A stretch of DNA of 64,000 nucleotides from Eledone cirrhosa (Eukaryota), in NCBI GenBank assembly GCA_964016885.1, contig OZ024745.1, forward strand, positions 84,506,001-84,570,000. The letters run 5' to 3'. Positions 1 to 12,640 of the stretch are shown here, piece after piece; positions within the stretch are counted from its first letter, which is position 1; each line of letters starts with the position of its first letter. The notes beneath the pieces were generated by a model, which was not told the DNA's origin, searched no databases, and worked only from the letters and a program-made list of their open reading frames with translations. Made by a program: the position numbers and the translations under genes.

Positions 1-695
1 TGGTAGTGAAACCTGGGCGCTGAAGGTGGAAGACTTACGTAGATTAAAGAGAAACGAAGCCTGCATGTTCCGATGGATGTGTAATAGTAATATACGCGAA
101 CGACAAAGCGTAAATGAATTGAGAGAGAGACTGAGCATAAAAGGAATAAAATGCTGTGTGCAGGAGAGGCGGTTGAGTTGGTATGGACATGTGATACGTA
201 TGAAGGATGACAGCTGCATGAAAAGGTGCAGAGCACTAGAAGTCGATGGAAACCGCAGAGTGGGGAGACCCAAGATGACCTGGGATGAGGTGATAAAAGC
301 CGACCTTACCCAATTACACCTCTCAAAGGCAATGACACACGACCGTGACCTCTGGCGTCACGCAGTAATACAGAGTACCCAACCTCCCATGGGTAAAAGC
401 TGAAGCATATAGACAATATGCCCCCACACTCCCCACCGCAAGGTGGTCGTAGAGGTGCCACGGCAAAAAAGCACCCAGCCCACACTGTAAAGTGGACGTG
501 TAGGCGCCACGAAAAAGCACCCAGCACTCACTGTAAATGAGGTTGGTGTTAGGAAGGGCATCAAGCTGTAGAAATCAAGCCAAATCAGTTCCTGTATGAG
601 CAAGGCATGGTCAGCCGACCAGACACTGCCCACAACAGGACAACCCGTCTAACCCATGCTAGCGTGGAAGAACGGACGTAAAACGGTGATGATGA
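1..695 (+). mobile_element. 3' end of an RTE-clade LINE (ORF2 C-terminus, 3' UTR and (GAT)n tail)
   Basis: ORF 26-403 contains RRLKRNEACMFRWMC, RRLSWYGHVIRM and GRPKMTWDEVI, typical of the RTE ORF2 C-terminus. The segment ends gcgtggaagaacggacgtaaaacggtgatgatgat, next to (TA)n. Confidence 0.85.
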
Positions 696-897
696 TATAT
701 ATATTTATTATATAAATTATATATATATATATTAAACATATATTATATATATATATTATATATATATATTATATATATATATATTGTACATATATATATT
801 ATACATATATATATATATATATTATATATATATATTATATATATATATATTGTACATATATATATTATACATATATATATATATTATATATATATAT

Positions 898-973
<76 letters not shown>

Positions 974-1102
974 ATATTATATATATATATATTATATATA
1001 TATATATTATATATATATATTATATATATATAATATATATTATATATATAATATATATTATATATATATATTATATATATATATATTATATATATATATT
1101 AC

Positions 1103-1133
<31 letters not shown>

Positions 1134-1300
1134 ATTATATATATATATATATATTATATATATATAATATATATATATATTATATATATATATATTATAT
1201 ATATATATTATATATATATATATATATTATATATATATATTATATATATATTATATATATATATATTATATATATATATTATATATATATATATTATATA

Positions 1301-1351
<51 letters not shown>

Positions 1352-1393
1352 ATATATATTATATATATATATATTATATATATATATTATATA

Positions 1394-1459
<66 letters not shown>

Positions 1460-1487
1460 ATTATATATATATATTATATATATATAT

Positions 1488-1521
<34 letters not shown>

Positions 1522-1598
1522 ATTATATATATATATTATATATATATATTATATATATATATTATATATATATTATTATATATAATATATATATATAT

Positions 1599-1632
<34 letters not shown>

Positions 1633-1765
1633 ATTATATATATATTATACATATATATATATTATATATATATATTATATATATATATATTATACATATA
1701 TATATATATATATATATTATACATATATATATATATATATATATTATACATATATATATATATAT

Positions 1766-1797
<32 letters not shown>

Positions 1798-2054
1798 ATT
1801 ATATATATATATTATATATATATATATATATTATATATATATATTATATAATATATTATATATATATATATTATATATATATATATATATTATATATTAT
1901 ATATATATTATATATATATATATTATAAATATATATATATATATATATTCAGCCGGATGGCTGAAACAGGTAAAAGAGTAAAAGAGTAGGTAAAAGAGTA
2001 AAAGAGTATATATTATATATATATATATTATATATATATATATTATATATATAT

Positions 2055-2085
<31 letters not shown>

Positions 2086-2166
2086 ATATATATATATATA
2101 TATTAGATATATATATATATATATTTTATATATATATATATATATTTTATATATATATATATATTT

Positions 2167-2198
<32 letters not shown>

Positions 2199-2241
2199 AT
2201 ATATATTTTATATATATATATATATATTTTATATATATATA
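696..2241. repeat. Long interrupted (TA)n microsatellite
   Basis: About 1.5 kb of TA repeats with frequent TT interruptions and one short unique insert at ~1948-2008. Confidence 0.95.
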
Positions 2242-4577
2242 TGTCAGTAAGCAAGAGATGGAATGAGACATATAGGAAGGTGTGGAGAAGAAAGGTCTGG
2301 AAGCTAAAAGACCTTTCACTAAAATACAAATTTAGGAAAGCCCTTCAAGATGTATATGACGAAAAAGAAGACGATTTAGAGACGTATGACATAGATAATA
2401 GCTGGAATTTCTTACGTGACAACTTGCTGCAGGCTACTGATGAAACTTGTGGCTGGAGCAGAGCTCCAACCAGACAGAGAGTGACCTGGTGGTGGAACAG
2501 CACAGTAGATAAGGCCATTAGAGACAAAAGACTAGCATGGAAGGCTTGGAAAAAGGGTGGGAGTAGGGAAAAATATACAGCCACTAAGAGAGAAGCTAGA
2601 CGTCAAGTGTACTTAGCATGCAGGGAGGCGGAGAGTATGAGGTTTGCAAATGTTCTTCGACGGGAAGATGAGAGGCGTGCGGTGTTCCACATTGCAAGGC
2701 AGTGTGTCAATGAAAATCAGGATGTTATTGGAGATAAATGTGTCCGGGATGATGCCGGTGTACTTAGTGTCACGAATGATCAGAAAAAGGAGGCCTGGAA
2801 ATGTCATTATGAGAGACTGATGAATGTGGAGAACGAATGGGAGAGAGAAAAATTACCCTTAGTAGATCCGACAGAGGGACCGGCTATTGAGATTGACGAA
2901 TATAGGGTCTAAGAGGCGATTAGGAAAATGAAAAATGGTAAAGCAGCTGGACCATCGGGAATAGTTGCTGAGATGCTGAAGGCATCAGGGGACGTAGGCA
3001 CTAAACTGGTTGCACGCTTCATCAATCAGGCAATATATGGTGGTGTCATACCCAAAGACTGGTGCAGCAGTATTCTCATAAATTGCTAGAAAGGTAAAGG
3101 GGATGCTCTGGAGAAGAGAAATTATAGGGGTATAAAACTGATAGATCAAGTTATGAAAGTGGCAGAAAGGATATTAGCACAACTAATTAGAGAAAGGGTC
3201 AAACTAGATGAGATGCAGTTTGGTTTTGTGCCTGGGAAGAGTACAACAGATGCCCTCTTCTTGGTGAGACAATTGCAAGAGAGGTTCTTAGAGAAAAATA
3301 AGCCACTATACTTAGCCTTTGTTGACCTAGAGAAGGCCTTTGATAGGGTAGCCTGATCTGTCATCTGGTGGTCCCTAAGGAGGCTAGGTGTTGAGGAAGG
3401 GCTTGTGAGGACAGTGCAAACTTTGTACAGAGGTACTCTCAGTAAAGTCAGGGTAGGAATGGAGTTTAGTGAGGAATTCCAGATACAAGTAGGAGTACAT
3501 CAGGGTTCAGTCCTCAGCCCGCTCTTGTTCATTATAGTCCTCCAAGCCATAACAGAGGAGTTTAAGACTGGCTGTCCATGGGAACTTCTCTATACTGACG
3601 ATCTGGTTCTTATAGCAGAATCAGTAGAGGAGCTAGAGAATAAATTCTGGCTATAGAAACAGCAGTTGGAAGCAAGAGGACTGAGAGTGAATCTAGCTAA
3701 GACAAAAGTGTTGATGAGTAGAAAAGAGGACAAAACCCTGATTCCGTCAGGGAAATGGCCATGTTCGATATGCAGAAAAGGAACTGGCATAAATTCTATA
3801 AAATGCACACAATGCAGATCCTGGGTACACAAGAGATGTAGTGGGATAGCAGGCAAACTAAGAGGGAGGGAGAAATATCTATGCAGTAGATGTACAAGGA
3901 AATTAGACAGTAGTCGCATTGATAGACACATTTTTCAAATGCAGGAGGGCGCTATAGAAGAGGTGGATAGTTTCCGGTACCTAGGAGATCAGATTAGCAT
4001 GGGAGGAGGGTGTAGTATCTAGAATAAGGACGGGTTGGAAGAAGTTTAGGGAGCTGCTTCCTCTGTTGACGAAGAAGGGTTTCTCCCTGCGTACGAAAGC
4101 CCGATTGTATGATGCCTGTGTGAGAAGCGCGATGCTGCATGGTAGTGAGAGATGGGCAGCAACTGCAGAGGATATGAGATGGCTGGAGAGAAATGAGGCA
4201 AGCATGCCCCGTCGGATGTGCAGTGTAAATATGCGTGAACGACCCAACATAAATGTGTTGAGAGAGAAACTGTGTCTGAGAGGGATAGAATGTAGTGTAC
4301 GGGAGAGGAGGTATGGAGGTACGGGAGAGGTGGTATGGACATCTGATGCGCATGGAAGATGATCGATGGGTGAAGAAGTGCCAGGCAATGCCAGTTGAAG
4401 GAAGACGTGGTAGAGGTAGACCACGAAAAACATGGGCGGAGGTGGTGAGAACAGACTCAGATCATTGAAGCTCACGGTGGAGATGACGAAGGACCGTGGC
4501 GAGTGGAGAGATGTTGTGCTGAATAAGACCCGCCCCACCCTTGCAAGCAGGGAAAAGCGGACGTAAGATGATGAAGA
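2241..4577 (+). mobile_element. 5'-truncated, frameshifted RTE LINE (RT region with PHD-like finger)
   Basis: ORFs 2241-2912, 3153-3356, 3405-3656, 3666-4022 and 4066-4362 carry QFGFVPGKST, FVDLEKAFDRV, GVHQGSVLSPLLF, LYTDD and FRYLG. It has in-frame stops, a 3' tail cccttgcaagcagggaaaagcggacgtaagatgatg, and (TA)n on both sides. It closely matches 20456-22757 on the - strand. Confidence 0.92.
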
Positions 4578-4646
4578 TATATTATATATATATTATATAT
4601 ATAAATACATATTTTATATGTATATATATATATATTATATATATAT

Positions 4647-4687
<41 letters not shown>

Positions 4688-4770
4688 TATATATATATAT
4701 ATATATATATAAATTATATATATATATTATATATATATAAATTATATATATATATATATAAATTATATAT

Positions 4771-5601
4771 ATATAGTAGAATAATCGAGTATCGAAAAAT
4801 CGGCGCACGAGTTCACGATAAACAAAATTCGAGATGAGCGGCAGAGGGCTCTATAATTCAAATAAATTAGAGCTATAACTATCGTTAAAATACCGTCACA
4901 TGTAGAATATGTCTACAATCAACCAAATAACCGAAAAGTTCGACATGGAAGATTCGGGACACTCAGATAAATTATCAATAAATCAATAAATGAAATGAAT
5001 GTAAAATGCATACCCGGACCCACTAGAGAGATGGAATATCTAGCTTCTTGGGTTTCTGTAAATCCTTAAACCGTCATCTATCAGCTCATATAAAAATATA
5101 AGACTTACAGACAATCGGGGGACTGGAGTTACTTCATCAACGAGCTTCGTCCGAATGGATGAAAAGACAAGACCCAGGCTAAAAATACGCACATGGATTT
5201 CAGCAAGGGAGATAACCTTTATATCCGCAAAAATATTCGGAAAAATGTGGCAAAAACACATATCGAATAAGAGTGCTCAATAGACATGTTAAAATAAACA
5301 GGGGCTATTCATCATTTAATAGAATCGACAAAAAATGAACAATAAAATTAACTGGTCAATAGCTAAGTCTAGATCTAAATATAGTAGAATAATCGAGTAT
5401 CGAAAAATCGGCGCACAAGTTCACGATAAACAAAATTCGAGATGAGCGGCAGAGGGCTCTATAATTCAAATAAATTAGAGCTATAACTATCGTTAAAATA
5501 CCGTCACACGTAGAATATGTCTACAATCAACCAAATAACCGAAAAGTTCGACATGGAAGATTCGGGACACTCAGATAAATTATCAATAAATCAATAAATG
5601 A
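4771..5601. repeat. Two ~223-bp direct repeats (4771-4993, 5379-5601) bracketing ~385 bp; possible Penelope-like partial tandem
   Basis: Near-identical repeats offset by 608 bp, embedded in (TA)n. There is no TG..CA LTR signature and no intact ORF. Confidence 0.6.
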
Positions 5602-5687
5602 TTATATATATATATATATATATAAATTATATATATATATAAATTATATATATATATAAATTATATATATATATATTATATATATAT

Positions 5688-5721
<34 letters not shown>

Positions 5722-5857
5722 AAATTATATATATATATAAATTATATATATATATAAATTATATATATATATATATACATTATATATATATATTATATAT
5801 ATATATTATATATATATATACATTATATATATATATATTATATATATATATATATAT

Positions 5858-6513
5858 GTCAACTCTGGATGTCGGTGAGCATGTCCAGCTAACCTAAGTC
5901 TCCTCTGTGTCACTTTTGAGCTGACTTTTGGGATGCTCCCATACAGCTCTGAGTTTTTCATCCTCAGTGTATACTGATTAATGTTCAGAGCCATCCTCAG
6001 CATTCTCGTGTAGCACCCATCCACCATCTGAGTGAGTTTCTTGGTCAGTGTCCAAGTCTCAGACCCATACAGCAGCACAGACTCCACTACAGCAATGAAG
6101 AGGCGGATTTTCAGGTCTCTACGAAGGTCCGACTTCCACACCGATCTCAAGCTGTGGCACGCCGCCCAGGCCTTGCTCTTCCTCTCAACCACATCATCTT
6201 CCGTATTCCCAATCCTTGCTCCCAAATACAAGAAGTCCTCAACCAATTCCAGTGGCTTCCCGCCTACATTAGTGATCCCCTCTGGCTTCTCAACATTCTC
6301 TACCAGATATTTTGTTTTAGTACTCAGTACTCCTTTGGGAGCCCCTACATGGACACACTAGAAGAGGAAGACCAAGGTTAATGTATGTTGATGCCCTAAG
6401 GTCAGACACTGGTCAGACACTGGACGCAGGACATGGCAGCGACAATGAGGGACAGAGACCGCTGGAGAGAACTCGTCCATGGATCTCGAGAATTTTACCC
6501 GCCTTAGATAGAT
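5858..6513. mobile_element. RTE-type LINE fragment with 5' inversion
   Basis: 5858-~6320 on - encodes KTKYLVEN..VEDFLYLG..VLLYGSETWTL..RLRLAGHAHRHPELT. ~6325-6513 on + continues VLLWEPLHGHTRRGRPRLMYVDAL and ends in a tagatagata tail. Confidence 0.85.
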
Positions 6514-6544
6514 ATATATATATATATATTATATATACATATAT

Positions 6545-6852
6545 CATCATCATCATCATTTCATTTTACGTCCGCTTTTTCCCTGCTTGCAAGGGTGGGA
6601 CGGGAACTGATTCTGGCTTGATTTCTAGTTGCATGCCCTTCCTAAAACCAACCTCATTTACAGTGAGTGCTGGGTGCTTTTTTGCCGTGTCACCTGCACG
6701 ACCACTTTACAGTCCCTATCATCTCATTTCTACAGCTGAGTAAACTGGAGCAATGTGAAATAAAGTGTCTTGCTCAAGGAAACAACGCATCACCCAGTCT
6801 GAGAATTGAACTCACAACCTTTCGATTGCAAGGCCAATGCTCTAACCACTAA
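6545..6852 (-). mobile_element. tRNA-derived SINE, family A (CORE-like body, RTE-derived tail)
   Basis: Reverse complement of the 14560-14900 SINE, missing its first few bases. Confidence 0.85.
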
Positions 6853-7544
6853 TCATTATATATATATATTATATATATATATTATATATATATATTATAC
6901 ATATATATATATTATATATATATATAAATGAAAGGTATAGAAAACATTGTAGCAAAAAGCCAACAGTATTCCATAATATATAAGTGACTGTAGCGTCAAA
7001 ATGGGAAAAATAGTTAACGTAAGATGTGGGAAAAATAATTCAAACTCAACTCAAAGAGAATCAGGATATAGATTCATCCAACAGAATTTAGTGAAATCCA
7101 GGGAAAAATCAATAGAGCCTTAACTCATGATAAAATAAAGTTTAAAATACTCATCCTTCAATTTGGAAAAACCTCAAATGCTCTGTATAGTCTTAAAGAC
7201 TATTTCACGAAAACTTTCAGTCGAGATGGTTACAGTTGGAATTCGATCATCAGCAGAGCTCAACTCGATAACCAAAATTTTCACAGATTAATATGCCAAA
7301 AAGGGAATTTAAAACAGACTAGTTCACCAACATGTGTGATTATGAAAAATAAAACGCACATGTGGAAAGACAGGGCTGGTGACGTCAGAATGAGATGAAT
7401 GTTTGTTTACAAGAAACAACAGTAAAAAAACTCTACAATAAGAAGTTCGGCAAAAAGCAATATTATCACGGTTTTTTATAAAAAAATACCGGGATTAGTC
7501 ACAAACAATTTAAGCACTCTAGGAAAGAAATCCGAGTATAAATC

Positions 7545-7887
7545 ATCATTTCATCATCATTTCATTTTACGTCCACTTTTCCCTGCTTGCAAGGGTGGGA
7601 CGGGAACTGATTCTGGCTTGATTTCTACAGCTGGATGCCTTTCCTAACACCAACCTCATTTACAGTGAGTGCGGGGTGCATTTTTGCCGTGGCACCTCCA
7701 CGACCACTTTGCAGTGGAATGATAGGGACCCCAGTCCCTATCATCTCATTTCTACAGCTGAGAAAACTGGAACAATGTGAAATAAAGTGTCTTGCTCAAG
7801 GAAACAACACATCACCCAGTCTGAGAATTGAACTCACAACCTTTCGATTGCAAGGCCAATGCTCTAACCACTAAGCCATGTGCCTCC

Positions 7888-7888
<1 letters not shown>
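7545..7888 (-). mobile_element. SINE family A, full length
   Basis: On - it reads ggaggcacatggcttagtggttagagc (A box), gagttcaattc (B box), ccttgagcaagacactt (CORE-like) and the RTE-type tail. Confidence 0.9.
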
Positions 7889-7941
<53 letters not shown>

Positions 7942-8058
7942 CTATCATCATCATCTTCGTTTAACGTCCACTTTTCACGCTAGCATATATATATATATTA
8001 TATAAATAAAATAAAATAACAGGAGGCTGAACTGGTGTAAATCCTTGAAATGTTTATT

Positions 8059-8116
8059 ATACTAAGATCATTTCAATGACCGGGTTCCATATGAATCCAG
8101 TCATATCATCAGGTAT
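8059..8116 (-). ncRNA. Type I hammerhead ribozyme motif, family B (stem III mutated)
   Basis: On -: ATAC CTGATGA t ATGACTGGATTC atatg GAACCCGGTCAT t GAAA TGATCTT A GTAT. Confidence 0.6.
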
Positions 8117-9184
8117 TGGAATATAACAAAGCAATATGTAAAAAACCATGGGTCCGAAAAATCAGAGAGCATGACTGACCAACTAGCTGCTCGGCCAGTC
8201 GCCCTCAAAGTGGTGGCAACTGAATCTACTAATGAACATCTGGTGAGGGAGCGAAGGCTTATAATGCACTACCACCTCTCCGTCAAAGAAAAAGGGGAAG
8301 AAAGAAAGAAAGGGAGAAAAAGTCAGTGTGAGGGTCACACTACATTCATGCTAAAAAATGCTGCGAAAAAATGCTACTCCAAAGAATCTATAATGGGTGT
8401 CTGTATGGTCTCATGTGTGAACCGAAGATTGGAATGTTAAACTTATGTTGCAAGTTATAGGATGAAATTAAATTAAATTAAAAATATTAAATTGCAAAAT
8501 GATAAATTGAAAAATAAGTTATTAGAGAATTAGAGGTTAAGGTAGCGAGATTTATTTATTTAATGAACTTACGGAGAGAGTCTTATATGGAACCCGGTCA
8601 TTGAAATGATCATAGTATAATAAACATTTCAAGGATTTACACCAGTCCAGCCTCCTGTTATTTTATTTTATTTATAATTAACTCCGTATTCGCACCACCA
8701 ACTACACAAACGAAGATGGGTGAACTGCACTGCGTTGAGTACTCTTCACAATATTACACCAGCATTGACCATACAGAATGTCCAGTTCTATCCAGTGGTG
8801 AACCAATAAACCTAAAGAAATAATGCTCCAATAATGTTGAGCACTTCAAAATGTAATATTGAACAGCGGCACTGACTTCAGTGTACAGCTATTGCCAGCA
8901 TGTGATTAACTGATCTACTTACCATTCGGATTTTGGCTGCTCTGTGCTTTATCTACCGCCACCTGATACTACTTCCTTGTCGGGATGATTCCGATTCCGA
9001 CAAAACTCTACGTATTATACTAAAACATGTATTGTATTGACTGAATTCTCTACTCTATACCTCAGGATTTTTGTGACTCGCACTGAATTCGGAGACCCGA
9101 ACTTTGCACTAGGTACAACCTGTTACCATTTCATCTTCTCCATCCTCTATATCTATACATACAACCTGTATTATCTTACAACTT

Positions 9185-9372
9185 GGGGCGGTGGATTGGT
9201 AGTATCGGTAGAGGGTCGGACACCATGCTTTCCAGCATAGTTACGTCCCTTTACTATCTGAGTTCAAATCCCGCCGAGGTTGACTTTGCCTTTCATCCTT
9301 ACGGGGGCGATAAAATAAAGTACCAGTAATGCACTGGGTAATTGCTGGCCTTGTGCCTAAAGTAGAAACAAT
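9185..9372 (+). mobile_element. SINE family B (Nin/Deu-like domain) with 16-bp TSD
   Basis: ggcggtggattgg..gagttcaaatccc..ttgcctttcatccttacggg..gataaaataaagtaccag..agtagaaacaatt, flanked by attatcttacaacttg on both sides. Confidence 0.88.
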
Positions 9373-10656
9373 TATCTTACAACTTGATCTATATTGATTC
9401 TTATTTACCTTTATTAATTTTTTTATTATTTCATTAATGTATATTTTTTTAATTATTTTATTATTTTATTATTTTTTTATTAATGTATTTTTATCAATGT
9501 ATTTTATCTTTATATTTGTATTTTATCTTTGTATGCTGCTTTTATTATTTTTTTGTAACTTTCCTTACTCAAGTCATTATGCACCTTTCATAGACCACTA
9601 CCCACCTAACAACCACACTACTTATAACCCGGACTAACTGGGACTTTAAAATAATTTTGGTCTATTTGCACTTTTCATTGGGTTGCTACCTTCGACTTGT
9701 GTGGTGGCTTTTCCCGGTTGCGCGCTGGGCACTCGGAAAAATAAATTTCTCCTCTTTCGGTAAACGAAATTACTCGGAGCGGCCTGCTTTGCCCCGGTCC
9801 CACTGCGCCGCCTGTTTTGGCCGTCATATTATACTTATACCTATAAACTCCAGGTTTAGGCATAACTATTAGCTGTATCATGCCTCTACTGGCACGTAAA
9901 TAAATCCCTCATGTGTGATTTAATAGTATTCGTTTGGTATAGACGATGGCCTGTCGAAATTGTGGGGTTCCCGCTAGCGCTCCCGGGGCCTAAGGTAGCT
10001 ACGTTCCTAGAGTACTCGGAAAAATTAAATTCCATTTCTTTTGCTGGACGATACCACTCGAGACTGGCTAACTCATGGTGGTGGTGGTGGTGGTAGTAGG
10101 GGTTCTGGCTGGGACTCCCAATCGTAATCTTTACTCTATATCCCATCCTAATATCTTATCAAGATAAATTTTTTCATATAAGACTCTCTCAGTAAGTTCA
10201 TTAAATAAATAAATCTCGCGACCTTAACCTTTAATTCTCTAATAACTTATTTTTCAATTTATCATTTTGCAATTTAATATTTTTAATTTAATTTAATTTC
10301 ATCCTATAACTCGCAACATAAGTTTAACGTTCCAATCTTCGGTTCACACATTAGACCATACAGATACCCATTATAGATTCTTTGGAGTAGCATTTTTTTG
10401 CGGCATTTTCTAGCATGAATGTAGTGTGACCCTCACATTGACTTCTTTCTCCCTTACTTTCTTCCCCTTTTTCTTTGACAGAGAGGTGGAAGTGCATTAT
10501 TAGCCTTCGCCCCCTCACCAGATGTTCATTAGTAGATTCAGTTGCCACCACTTTGAGGGCGACTGGCCGAGCAGCTAGTTGGTCAGTCGTCCTCTTTGTC
10601 TCTGTCTCTGATTTTTCGGACCCATGGTTTTTTACATATTCCTTTGTTATATTCCA

Positions 10657-10714
10657 ATACCTGATGATATCACCGGATTCATATGGAACCCGGTCATTGA
10701 AATGATCATAGTAT
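10657..10714 (+). ncRNA. Type I hammerhead ribozyme motif, family B
   Basis: ATAC CTGATGA t atcACCGGATTC atatg GAACCCGGTcat t GAAA TGATCAT A GTAT. Stem III is the perfect palindrome ATGATCAT and stem I is ATAC/GTAT. Confidence 0.7.
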
Positions 10715-10927
10715 AATAAACATTTCAAGGATTTACACCAGTCCAGCTTCCTGTTATTTTATTTTATTTATAAGTAACTCCGTATTCGCACCACCAACTA
10801 CACAAATGAAGATGGGTGAACTGCACTGCGTCGAGTACTCTTCACAATATTACACCAGGATTGACCATACGGAATGTCCAGTTCCAGTTCTATCCAGTGG
10901 TGAACCAACAAACCTAAAGATATATAT

Positions 10928-10986
<59 letters not shown>

Positions 10987-10987
10987 A

Positions 10988-12640
10988 ACTTTGACAACTT
11001 TGATAAGTTTCGGCCAGTATTGGCTCAGGCCATGTCTAACTTGATAGCACCACCTGGCGAAGTCTTACAAATCAGTGTTTGGGCACCATGGCCCACTCGA
11101 GCAGAGAGTTATTGTTTACGGAGGCATATCCGGGTGCAGGAGGCTTATCCCGGATTTCTTGAAGGAATTTATCCAAAGACTTCTTGAACTTGATGGGGTC
11201 TGTCTCTGCTTTGATGTGTTTTGGTGTAATGTTAAAGAGTGCAGGGCCAATTGAGGTGAAATAATTGTGCCGTATTGTTATGTGATGCGAGTGGGATTTT
11301 TGTCGTGGGCGGATAGCACGGGGCCCAAGCCTTGGGTGTACACTAAAGGTGATGCCAACATCATTTGGGCTAAGCTGCTGGAATATTTTCCACATCATAC
11401 AGATAATGTAGCGCTCACGGCGACGTTGAAGAGAATAAAGTTTGAGCTTTTCTAATCGACCCCAATAGTCAAGGCCTGTCATGCCAACTAGCTTTTTTGT
11501 AATTGATCTTTGGGTGCTTCAACTTTCATGATACTTTGTTTCGTGTGGAGTGACCACAGTGGACAAAAGTATTCAAGGTGAGGTCGGGCAAAGTGGAGAA
11601 GAGAAGGACAACAGTGTGGGTATCTCTCGACTGGAAAGTTCTGAGAATCCAGGAACACATTCTGCGGGCCATATCAACTTTGCTGTTTATATGAGTGGCC
11701 CAGCTTATATTGTTGTCCACAATTACTCCCAGGTCTCTAATGTTATTGGAAGCCACTAGAGTTTCACCCAAAGGTAGAGAGTATGGTAGTTTCAGGGCAT
11801 CCTTTTTTCCAAAGTGGATTAGTTCAAATTTATCCTCATTCAACAGCATATTATTCATCTCTGCCCATTGGATAACAGCCAATAGGTCTGACTGAAGGCA
11901 AGTCCGGTCACCCACCTCATTGATGACCCTTTGGAGCTTGGAATCATCTGCAAAGATTCTGATGTTACTGTGTTTGATGATGTCAGTAATGTCATTAATG
12001 TAGATGATGAAAAGAAGTGGGCCCAACACAGTGCCTTGTGGGATGCCACAGCGGACTTTGGCAGGGTTTGATTTTACTCCTTCGACTAAAACAGGCTGGG
12101 TACTGCCTGTCAGGAAACATTTGATCCACTGTAGTAACCTTCCAGAGACACCACCATTGGATAGTTATTTCAGTAGAATCTTATGATCAACCCTGTCGGA
12201 GGCCTTGCTGAAATCAAGGTAGATGACATCAGTGTTGGAGCCCTCTCCCAAGGCTCTCAAAACATCGTCAAAGTGATGCAGGAGCTGCGTTAGGCAGTCC
12301 CTTCCATTACGGAACCCATGTTGGTTGGAGTTCAGCAGGCCCTTGCTTTCAAGAAAGTGGGTTATTCGTGATCTCACCACCCTCTCAAATACCTTGATAA
12401 TATGAGAGGTGAGTAAGATCGGACGGTAGTTCACTGCAAGGGACTTATTTCCCTTTTTGAAGACTGGGACAACAGACTGGGACAGAAAGTTTTCAGCAAG
12501 AGATTAGCAAGAGGAGTTGCAAGTTGGTGTCGTCACACCTTCAGGACACAAGCAGGGAACCTGTCGGGGCCTACTGCTGAATTGTGTTTAATTTCGTTTA
12601 TTGCCGCTAAGACATCAGGGGCGCCAAACGTTATGTGTGA
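10988..12640 (-). mobile_element. CR1-clade LINE, 5'-truncated and frameshifted
   Basis: YRPILLTSHIIKVFER, QHGFRNGRDCLTQL, YLDFSKA, LGPLLFIIYINDI, IFADDSKL and LYSLQRRRER, with a tandem 3' terminal repeat (tcaaagtt). Confidence 0.88.

Larger units (their letters stand above)
8001..10920 (+). mobile_element. Non-coding Penelope-like element: inverted 5' copy plus partial tandem terminal repeat with hammerhead motif
   Basis: ~8001-8585 is the inverse of ~10180-10772, and ~8585-8820 is directly repeated at ~10681-10920. Both ends abut (TA)n. It has no RT ORF, and a SINE is inserted at 9185-9372. Confidence 0.7.

Noticed and set aside
1000-1900. Regular TT interruptions in (TA)n as an encoded higher-order pattern
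   Set aside because: Spacing is irregular, and it cannot be separated from slippage or sequencing error without raw reads.
784-2329. YI-rich ORFs in (TA)n tracts (also 4541-4837, 12834-13019, 14307-14635, 19472-19986, 23650-23906)
   Set aside because: They are translations of microsatellites with no coding signal.
7205-7262. Possible hammerhead on - (CTGATGA TCGA..TCGA ct GAAA)
   Set aside because: Stem II does not close next to GAAA and stem I cannot be formed convincingly. At most it is a decayed copy.
8171-8440. Duplicated ORF (8171-8440 + and 10351-10728 -) as a gene pair
   Set aside because: It arises from the inverted repeat of the Penelope-like element. The copies differ by indels and show no recognisable domain.
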